From: Octopus sinensis
Lineage: Eukaryota
Length of the DNA: 14,845 nucleotides
NCBI RefSeq assembly: GCF_006345805.1
Contig: NW_021825572.1
Span: forward strand, 1-14,845
Direction of reading: 5' to 3'
Under the pieces are notes generated by a model. It did not search any database. It was given only the letters and a program-made list of their open reading frames with translations, and was not told the origin of the DNA. Of this stretch, positions 1 to 8,464 are shown piece by piece (position 1 is the first letter of the stretch; every line of letters begins with the position of its first letter). A program made the translations under genes and the position numbers.

Positions 1-39
1 TCTGTGTCATTACGCAGAGAGGTGTGCAATCGTAATATT

Positions 40-105
40 GGTGGTGGTGGTGGTGGTGAAGGTGGTGATGCTTGTGGTGGTGGTGGTGGTGAAGGTGGTG
101 GTGGT
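40..105. repeat. (GGT)n imperfect microsatellite
   Basis: Runs of ggt interrupted by gaa/gat/gct triplets; explains the poly-G and poly-T ORFs at the window start. Confidence 0.9.
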
Positions 106-299
106 CCCATTAATCGTTGCGGTGTGGTGGAAGCGATGGTCGGCGGTTGTTGTTTTGCGAGCGAGTGTAAGGCAATAATGTTTCATAATAAATGTTTCCA
201 TCGATACTGATTGATAAAAGTTCAATAAGACAATATTTCTATTTGGCCAATAATAATAGAATTATAAGTTCAATCAGCGAAACAGCAATGGACGGCTTG

Positions 300-585
300 G
301 GTGTGTCTGTCTGTGTATATATATGCACATATATGTGTGTGTATGTGTGTGTGTGTTCGTGTGTGTCTTTTTGTAAACACACGTGTGTGTACATGTGTGT
401 GTATATGTGCGTGTATGTATGTTTGTACACACTGTGTGTACATGTGTGTGTGTGTGTATGTATGCTTGTATCGATAATTGCTAAGATGAATCACCACATT
501 TACATGCACACCCAAAGACACACACGCACAGACATACATATACATACACATATATACATTATATATATATATATATATATATATA
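300..585. repeat. Compound (TG)n/(CA)n/(TA)n microsatellite
   Basis: Alternating purine-pyrimidine dinucleotide runs; source of the VCVC/HTHT/YIYI ORFs. Confidence 0.9.
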
Positions 586-978
586 CTAGCAGTATCGCCC
601 GGCGTTGCTCGGGTTGTAAGGGAAATAACTATATAAGCATTTTTAGAGAGTTATAGCCAAAAAATAGCAAAAAAAATGCATTAAAAATTGAATAAATTAA
701 GGTAATTTTTTTTAAATCGTTGACACATCGTAGATATTTTTAGAGAGTTACTTCCCTTATATAAAAGCGAAAAAAATGCATTAAAATGGAAAAATATTAT
801 GGTAAATTTTTTTTAAAATCGTAGACTCATCGTAGACGCGCGCTAATACCAGAAGGGCTCGATATGAATCACGACTATAAGATACCCGCTTTTGGTTAAA
901 CTGCACCGCCGCAAATGTGGGAGTAATTACGAATGTAAATCGAAGGGGACAGACACACAACTTCACTCTTATATAAGA
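586..978 (-). mobile_element. Non-autonomous Helitron (393 bp)
   Basis: Minus strand starts A|TC-TTATATAAGAGTGAAGTTGTG (978). It ends with hairpin CCCGAGCAACGCCGGG then CGATACTG-CTAG|T (586). This gives an A/T target with no TSD, the canonical Helitron signature. The 3' 30 nt match the element at 14085-14114 at 28/30. Confidence 0.88.
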
Positions 979-1499
979 TGCTTTTTTTTTTTCAGTCATA
1001 GAGTTAGATTTATGAAGGTCTTCAGTAGAAATCCTTCGAATTCTGACTCGCTGCTTGATATAATGAAATTCGTTATCCATTTTTTGTCAGAATTACAAAT
1101 TTTGAAAACACAATAGGAACAAATTTCGGAAAAAAAAATCTCCCATAATTCACGGAATTAATTACAACACTCGATTTTTGTACAAAACTGTATTTGAAGT
1201 GTTTACGAAGTATAATACGTGTTTTCACGAATGTACTAAAGAGATTTACTCTGATATTCTCATTTAAATATGAATAGGTAATTCGGGCGGTTTGGTAACG
1301 AAAGGGTTTATATAAGTGTCGTCTGTTTATACATAAACACTGTTTCATAGTTTCAGTTTCAGTTAGTCTTCCTCAAATCACTGTCGCTAATTTACTCTCT
1401 TCCAAGAACATTTTCACTCACTGTTATCTGTTAAGCTTCCCATACATTTTACTCATGTATCTATCAGCGTGATAGACAGAAACATATTACATTTACTTT

Positions 1500-1764
1500 C
1501 ATTTTATTCGTTGCCCACTGTGTGTGTGCGTTTGCTGTGGTGTAAACCAGACTAAGAAAAGCATTTGACACACACACACAAGAATGTGAGTTTTCTGTAA
1601 ATTTTTTGCTTAATGGAGTTTAAATTTAAAAACTGGACCTGGCATGACGCGATGCATTGTACTCTTAAAACTGCTAGGTAAATTGTAATTGAATAAATCC
1701 TATATTGTAGATTTGTATAACTCCCAAAGGGAGGCAGATAAAATCTGCCTTTTATAATAAGAGA
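1500..1764 (-). mobile_element. Helitron-like 5' end; own 3' end not found, left boundary uncertain
   Basis: Minus strand A|TC-TCTTATTATAAAAGGCAGAT resembles the TC-TATWATAA 5' starts of the two complete Helitrons. There is a subterminal hairpin AGGCAGAT-AAA-ATCTGCCT (1732-1750). Confidence 0.45.
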
Positions 1765-2056
1765 TATATATATACATATATATATAAGCATATATATGTG
1801 AATATACACAAGTATACACATGTGTGTGTCTATATATGTGTGTGTGTGTGTCTACAACACACACACACACATATCTATACATCTAGATATAACCGCACGC
1901 ACATAATCATATTTAGGGTTGTTATTTTACCGCAATTTTCACATTAACAGCAAACATTTACTGATGAACTCATGGAGAAGCTATATATATATATAAATGC
2001 GTGTTGTGTGTGTGTGTACATACATATATATGTGTGTGTGTTTGTGTGTGTGTGTG
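1765..2056. repeat. Compound (TA)n/(TG)n/(CA)n microsatellites with a short unique spacer
   Basis: Dinucleotide runs at about 1765-1880 and 1981-2056. Confidence 0.8.
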
Positions 2057-2120
2057 AATTACACTGAGGAGAGCAATAGGTAAATATAATTTACTTTAAG
2101 TTCGAAACGCGTCTGTAATT
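2057..2120 (+). ncRNA. Minimal type I hammerhead ribozyme, intact core (Penelope-like/retrozyme type)
   Basis: Stem I AAUUACA (2057-63)/UGUAAUU (2114-20), 7 bp perfect. Core CUGAGGA (2064-70). Stem II GAGC/GUUC extended by AGGUAAAU/AUUUACUU. GAAA (2104-07). Palindromic helix III ACGCGU (2107-12). Cleavage triplet GUC (2111-13). Confidence 0.85.
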
Positions 2121-2389
2121 AACCGAAGTCGTGTGTATTCATCATTTTCCTTTTTCCAATATAAAAAAAGTCTGTTTTTATCTCGGAGATTTTTATGGTA
2201 GTTGAAAAGACATTAGCGTCCATTTCTAATTCTTTACGTGGCGAGGCACTTAGCTGACCCCTGATTATAATTATGTATATAATTATAGAATATTTTGTAT
2301 AATTTACCTTTAAAAGGTTTTTTAATGTACTAAATACTTGGTGAAATTATTAATTAATTAATTAATTTTACTCTATATTATTATTATAC

Positions 2390-2420
<31 letters not shown>

Positions 2421-2441
2421 GTATGTATAATATATATATAT

Positions 2442-2477
<36 letters not shown>

Positions 2478-2559
2478 CATGCACGTATGTATATATATGT
2501 ATATATATGTATGTATGTATATATGTATATATGTATATATGTATATATATATATATATA

Positions 2560-2608
<49 letters not shown>

Positions 2609-2620
2609 ATATATATAATA
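2390..2620. repeat. Compound (TA)n/(TATG)n/(TG)n microsatellite
   Basis: Direct reading of the repeat units. Confidence 0.9.
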
Positions 2621-2941
2621 CAAAAATTTATATATAAACCATAAAATGTTAGGCGGCATGAGAAGTGAACCTGTTTGTCTAACCACTTGTCATCCAAAGG
2701 ATTATGGACAATTCGCGACCTTTCTTATATAATAATAATTTCAGTGTACAGAAAATTATGTAAGCATATCTTCTGTAATAAGAATGCTATGCATTATTCA
2801 ATATAATTGTAATCTCACAAATTAATGTAGATAAAGAAATCCAGCTCATCAGATCACCAGAGCATATTGGATGCATCAATGATTCAATGTTAAGTATACA
2901 TACAATTTTTTCTCTTTATATATATATAATGTATGGAATAC

Positions 2942-3041
2942 CGAGACCAGATAAAATTAGCTTGGCATGGTCAGTAAAAATAACGATACTTTGTTTTATA
3001 TCAATTACGGTGCTAGATTTAAGTTCAAGGAACTGACCATC
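2942..3041 (-). CDS. Possible isolated internal coding exon, product unknown (DGQFLELKSSTVIDIKQSIVIFTDHAKLILSGL)
   Basis: On the minus strand a pyrimidine tract and TAAG|G acceptor are followed by 100 nt open in only one frame and a weak G|GTATTC donor. The peptide is not low-complexity, but no homologue is recognised. Confidence 0.25.
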
Positions 3042-3139
3042 CTTAATATTAACAAAAGAAAAACAAAATAGGAAAGGAAAAAACATAAATAGCACAAACA
3101 CTATATATATAAGTAGATATTATTTTATGTATATATAGA

Positions 3140-3450
3140 GAGAGAGAATTTACAAAAAAGCAAAATACGAAGACGGATGTGTACACAACAAACAGATGTA
3201 TTAGTTTAACACTTGGGAAATGAGAAAGTCCTTTATGTTTCGAGCCTATGCTCTTTGACAGAAAGGAACACAGAAATAAACAGGGAGAGAAAATAAAAAA
3301 GGTTTAGTGGCTAGCGATCTATCATGGCGAATGCGGGACAGAAGGGTCACACATGAGAGCTAGGAAGGAGGGGAGATAATAAAGTAGTGGTGATCCTAAA
3401 AGGAAAGTGCGTGTGCGTGAGTATTTGAGAGTGTATGTGCATCTGGAAGG
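3140..3450 (-). mobile_element. Probable Penelope-like element terminal (pLTR) remnant
   Basis: Non-repetitive block bounded by microsatellites, containing a decayed hammerhead (3229-3267) followed by a pyrimidine-rich trailer into (TA)n. The PLE assignment is inferred from the ribozyme type. Confidence 0.45.
3229..3267 (-). ncRNA. Decayed type I hammerhead motif
   Basis: Minus RNA UCCUUU-CUGUCAA-A-GAGC-AUAG-GCUC-GAAAC-AU-AAAGGA. Stems I (6 bp) and II (4 bp) are intact. The core has A6U and G8A, and the GUH triplet is lost. Confidence 0.6.
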
Positions 3451-3454
3451 GGTT

Positions 3455-3670
3455 GTTGTGGTGGTATGTGGTGTGGTGGTGTGTGGTATGGTGGTGTGTG
3501 GTGTGGTGGTGTGTGGTGTGGTGGTGTTGGGGTGGTGGTGTGTGGCGTGGTGGTGTTGGGGTGGGGGAGGCGAGAGTGGGGAAAGCAACGGTGGGATGTG
3601 GGTTGGGGTGAGGGTGAGGGTAGGGATGGGGTATGTGTATATATATTAATATATATATATATATATATAC
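3455..3670. repeat. (GTGGT/GTGT)n repeat, G-rich stretch and (TA)n
   Basis: Direct reading; gives the HTTTP/VVVCG ORFs. Confidence 0.85.
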
Positions 3671-3708
3671 GAAAGAAGGTTTGAAAATGCAATTTAAAAG
3701 ATGTTTAT

Positions 3709-3753
3709 TTACTTAACCGGTTTCACTCTTTGGAAAAAGATTGTCAAAAGTAA
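3709..3753 (-). ncRNA. Type I hammerhead motif with U3-A8 core variant
   Basis: Minus RNA UUACUU-UUGACAA-UCUUUUUCCAAAGAGU-GAAACCGGU-U-AAGUAA. Stem I is 6 bp perfect, helix III ACCGGU is palindromic, the triplet is GUU. Stem II is closed by a U-U mismatch. AATAAA lies just downstream. Confidence 0.7.
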
Positions 3754-3789
3754 CATAGAATATTATGAATTCAAAAAAGTTTTTTACAT

Positions 3790-4075
3790 AATTGCCACAT
3801 AACATGTATATATACAGTCTTTGGTAACAGGGACATGTTAAGGACTAAAGAAGTACAACAGTGTGATGAGAATATTTGAAAAAATGGGCAGAAAAGATAA
3901 AACAAATATATTATTGGAAGTTTGGTTGCGTTAATTATTGGTTGTTGCAAATTGCCACATTACATGTATATAAACAGTCTTTGGTAACAAGGACATGCTA
4001 ATAACATAAGAAAGTACAACAGTATGATGAGAATATTTGAAATAATGGGCAGAAAAGATTAAAATGAATATATTA
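3790..4075. repeat. Tandem duplication of a ~125-bp block (3790-3913 and 3950-4075)
   Basis: Both copies read AATTGCCACAT..CAGTCTTTGGTAACA.GGACATG..GTACAACAGT.TGATGAGAATATTTGAAA.AATGGGCAGAAAAGAT..AATATATTA; period about 160. Confidence 0.9.
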
Positions 4076-4249
4076 TACATCTCAGGGTCAGTACAGAATA
4101 TTATGAATTCAAGGCGAGTTTGTTTACTGACCTGTCCGTTTTAGCAGAAACGGACAGGTCAGATAACCGAAGAGATGGTGTTGTGGATTTCCACTTCGGC
4201 ATCTGAAACTCAGAGTTTTATCTTGACTACCGAGTAATGTAACATATTG

Positions 4250-4354
4250 TATTATATATATATATTATATATAATATATATATATATATATATATGTATA
4301 TGTGTATATACATACACACAACGCTCGTACACTAATACATACATGTAAATAATA

Positions 4355-4442
<88 letters not shown>

Positions 4443-4445
4443 CTA
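4250..4445. repeat. (TA)n and (GATA)n microsatellites
   Basis: (GATA)n at about 4357-4443. Confidence 0.95.
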
Positions 4446-4965
4446 TGCGTATACGATGTGCTTTACTCAAGCTGTCAACTTCACAATCTCTTACTCCGGA
4501 ATTTTGTATAACTGACCATCAGACAAAAATATAAACACACATATGAGTGTGTGTGTACGTACATGTTTGTGTGTGGTGTGTGTGTGTGCGTACCTGTTTC
4601 TCTGTATGTGTGTGTGTGTGTATGCTTATGAGTTTATAAATATACACTCATACATACAGTTATATGTGTGTACATGTTAAACGTATTTATATATACATAT
4701 ATGCATGTGTATCCATATAAACACCTACTTTCAAACATTTTCAAAAACACTATCTTCTGCACACAACTTGATTGATAAATTTAGACAAATGTACTATTTA
4801 TTCTCTGATATTTTTCTTTGAAAATTCTTCATACGAAAACATAGTTTCCATTCTAAAGAACATTTTTCCGTCTATGATCAATGGTTTTATTCTTTCCTTC
4901 ACATTTTGTCCGCGTATTTATCTCCATTTCTTTATTATTTTGCATTTTAGTTTTATTACTATTGA

Positions 4966-4967
<2 letters not shown>

Positions 4968-5046
<79 letters not shown>

Positions 5047-5081
5047 CTTCATTATTATCATTATTATTATCATTATTATTA

Positions 5082-5130
<49 letters not shown>
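4968..5130. repeat. (ATT)n microsatellite
   Basis: Long ATT run with ATC interruptions; explains the poly-Y/poly-I ORFs. Confidence 0.95.
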
Positions 5131-5131
<1 letters not shown>

Positions 5132-5237
5132 CGAATATTTGTCTTGCTGTCTTTTTTAGTCACGTTTTCATTTTTTTTTGCTTTTTTTTGTTTTTTTTTG
5201 TTGTTTTTTTTACTTATATTTCTTAAAATCTTCTGCC

Positions 5238-5251
5238 GTTCCCATAGCAAC
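5238..5251. promoter_or_regulatory. RFX X-box-like motif GTTCCCATAGCAAC
   Basis: Close match to the GTTGCCATGGCAAC X-box palindrome, inside a short unique island between microsatellites. Confidence 0.3.
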
Positions 5252-5384
5252 AGTGGGTTGCTTTTTGCCGCAACACCTGATATGTCACACAGATTTCCAT
5301 CTTTCATGTATATATATGTATGTGTGTTTATACATATGAGTGTGTGTTTTTGTGTGTATGCGTGTATGTTTGTGTGTGGTGTGT

Positions 5385-5900
<516 letters not shown>

Positions 5901-6177
5901 TATCGTTTTCTCGTTTCGTGTTCATCATATTAATTTCTTTGGAATTTTGTTCTCGCATGCAAAGGCTGTGTGTATATAGACACGCATAAGTGTATGCATA
6001 TGTGTACACGTACGTATCTTCATAGCTGTGTCTGTGTGCATGTGTGTGTATTTGTACGTGTGTGCGTGTGTACATATACGTGTGTGTTTGTGTCTGCAGC
6101 AGGAATATTATTTTGTTCTGCAATGGCGAAAAAAACATCTTAGAGACAAATGGAAGGTCTTCCATATTTACAGACTG

Positions 6178-6214
6178 TGACGTCATTTGAATCAGCCAGA
6201 CCAATATGGCGGCG
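6178..6214 (+). promoter_or_regulatory. Promoter-like motif cluster: CRE, CCAAT, YY1-like
   Basis: TGACGTCA (6178-85), CCAAT (6201-05) and AATATGGCGGCG (6203-14) within 37 bp. Confidence 0.35.
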
Positions 6215-6400
6215 ACTTCATGTCGGGTTATGGAATCATAAATAGAATCTCTTAGACCTTCGCTTTAACTCTTACAACTTGTAATGAAATCAGGGGGAAA
6301 TGGTAGAATTATCACAGAACTATTATCGCTGCTGCCGCTGCTACTGCTACTGCTGACTGTCTGAGAGATCCTTACACAAGTTGAAGAGAATAGTGTGGTT

Positions 6401-7490
6401 GTTGATGATGGTGGTGGTGGTGGTGGTGGTAGTGTTGGTGGTGGTGGTGGTGGTGGTGGTGGTGATGCTGGTGGTGGTGGTGGTGGTGGTAGTGTTGGTG
6501 GTGTTGGTGGTGGTGGTAGTGGTGATAATGGTGGTGGTGTTGATAATGGTGGTGGTGGTGGTGGTAGTGTTGGTGGTGGTGGTAGTGTTGGTGGTGGTGG
6601 TGGTGGTGGTGGTGATAATGGTGGTGGTGGTAGTGGTAGTGTTGGTATGGTGTGGTGGTGGTAGTGTTTGGTGGTGTTTGGTGGTGGTGGTAGTGGTGAT
6701 AATGGTGTGGTGTTGATAATGGTGGGGTGGTGGTGGTAGTGTTGGGGGTTGGGTGGTGGTGGGTGGTGATAATGTGGGTGGTGGTAGTGGTGTGTTGGTA
6801 GTGGTGGTGGTGGTGGTAGTGTGTGGTGGTGTTTGGTGGTGGTGGTAGTGGTGATATGGTGGTGTGTTGATAATGGTGGGGGTGGTGGTGGTAGTGTTGG
6901 TGGTGGTGGTAGTGTGGTGGTGGTGTGGTGGTGGTGGTGGTGATAATGGTGGGTGGTGGGTGGTAGTGGTGGTATGTTGGTGGTTGGGTTGGTGGTGGTG
7001 GTGGTTTGTGGTGGTGGTAGTTTTGGTGGTGTTGGTGGTGGTGGTGGTGATAATGGTGGTGGTGGTAGTGGTAGTGTTGGTGGTGGTGGTGGTGGTGGTA
7101 GTGTTGGTGGTGTTGGTGGTGGTGGTGGTGGTGGTGGTGATAATGGTGGTGGTGTTGATAATTGTGGTGGTGGTGGTGGTTGTGGGGATAATGGTGGTGG
7201 TGGTGGTGGTGGCTGTGGTTTTGCTATTGTCCTTGTCGTCGTTGTTTTGTTGATGTTCCTGCTGTTGCTGTTGTTGTCATCATTGCTCTTCTTGCAGTTG
7301 TTGTTGGTGGTGGTGTTGTTTTCGCAATTTTTGCTGGTTTTTTCGCAGTTTTTATATTGTTATTGTTGTTATTCTTGGAGCTCTTATTATCACTGCTCTT
7401 GTTACTGTTGCTGTTGTTGTTGTTGTTGTTGTTGTAGTTGTAGTTGTTGTTCCTGCTATTGTTGCATTTTTTGTTGCTATCGCTCTTGTT
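6401..7490. repeat. (GGT)n-based minisatellite grading into (GTT/GCT)n low-complexity sequence
   Basis: GGT runs with recurring AGTGTT and GATAAT inserts to about 7212, then GTT/GCT/ATT triplets to about 7490. Confidence 0.9.
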
Positions 7491-7513
7491 AAAACAATCA
7501 TTTGATTCATTGC

Positions 7514-7693
7514 TATATATATTATATATACACACACACCACATACATACTATATATATATTATACATATATATATATATATAATATATATATATATATA
7601 ATTATATATATATATATATATATATATTAGTTACATATATATATATATATAATATAATATATATATATATTAAATATATATATATATAATATA

Positions 7694-7748
<55 letters not shown>

Positions 7749-7776
7749 ATTTTACATATATATATATATATATCTA

Positions 7777-7820
<44 letters not shown>
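7514..7820. repeat. (TA)n microsatellite
   Basis: About 300 bp of near-pure TA. Confidence 0.95.
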
Positions 7821-7823
<3 letters not shown>

Positions 7824-7876
7824 AAAAAAGACAAGAAAATGCTGAAATAATTCTATTATGAAATGCATTTTGTAAA

Positions 7877-7914
7877 GGAGTACCGGTTTCTGTCTTTTCG
7901 ACTTTTTCAACTAA
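7877..7914 (-). ncRNA. Decayed type I hammerhead motif with U3-A8 core variant
   Basis: Minus RNA UUAG-UUGAAAA-A-GUC-GAAAA-GAC-A-GAAACCGGU-A-CUCC. Helix III ACCGGU is palindromic and the triplet is GUA. Stem I is reduced to 2 bp and stem II is closed by an A-A mismatch. Confidence 0.45.
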
Positions 7915-7944
7915 GAGTAAGATGAGGTGGATATTAATTAAGAG

Positions 7945-8100
7945 GTCGTGGTGGTGGTTGTGGTGGTGGTGGTGGTGATGGTGGTAGTGGTGGTGGTGGT
8001 GGTGGTGGTGGTGGTGGTGGTGGTGGTGGTGGTGGTGGTGGTTGGGGGTAGTGGTGGTGGTAGAGATGATTGTAGTGCTGTTTGTTGGTGGTGCTGACGG
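7945..8100. repeat. (GGT)n microsatellite
   Basis: Direct reading; gives the poly-H in ORF 7780..8535. Confidence 0.9.
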
Positions 8101-8101
8101 A

Positions 8102-8335
8102 GGAATTCCCTGAGCACAGAATTCTACCCGTACAAGTGGCAAGAGACCTAAGGGTAGACCAAGAACGAGACGGTTAGAAAGTACCCGTAGTATCTCTTGG
8201 TCATACTTTGAAATCCAGTCGGAAAATGTGTTGACAGTTGTTTCTGATAGGACTCTATGTATAAGGTATCTGAGGTCTCTACAACCACCCCACGACCCAT
8301 TCAGGAATGGTGGGCAAAGATGGATTGGTGGATGA
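8102..8335 (+). mobile_element. 5'-truncated RTE-clade LINE 3' end (Expander/Rex3-like C-terminus)
   Basis: Plus frame from 8132 gives TSGKRPKGRPRTRRLESTRSISWSYFEIQSENVLTVVSDRTLCIRYLRSLQPPHDP. This matches the RTE ORF C-terminal pattern GKRPRGRPRTRW...W...DR..W...L..LPP. It ends in a decayed (GGAT)n-like tail GATGGATTGGTGGATG. Confidence 0.7.
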
Positions 8336-8464
8336 AAAAGCAACACAGAATGCTGCTGACAGGATATATAGAGTGCTAGACACAATGGCGATAGGAGACA
8401 GGTTTCGATAGATCGTTGAATAAAATGGCGGCTGTAAAAAAATTCTAGATCATGTTGGACAAAA

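Noticed and set aside
1-210. Pro-rich or Tyr-motif minus-strand peptides (GPPPPSPPPPPQASPP; IDGNIYYETLLPY)
   Set aside because: All three frames look plausible, the stretch is dominated by (GGT)n and truncated by the window edge, and no frame can be chosen.
1005-1100. Minus-frame IISSSESEFEGF resembling a pogo/Tigger acidic tail, and a strong plus acceptor at 995
   Set aside because: Too short, with no TIR or DDE context; the plus exon peptide is unrecognisable.
1335-1375. Minus UUGAGGA-AG..CU-GAAAC hammerhead-like string
   Set aside because: No stem I pairing, a 2-bp stem II, and GAAAC is just a local 6-7-nt repeat.
2198-2225. UUGAAAA-GAC-AUUAGC-GUC U3-A8-like half motif
   Set aside because: Not followed by GAAA or helix III.
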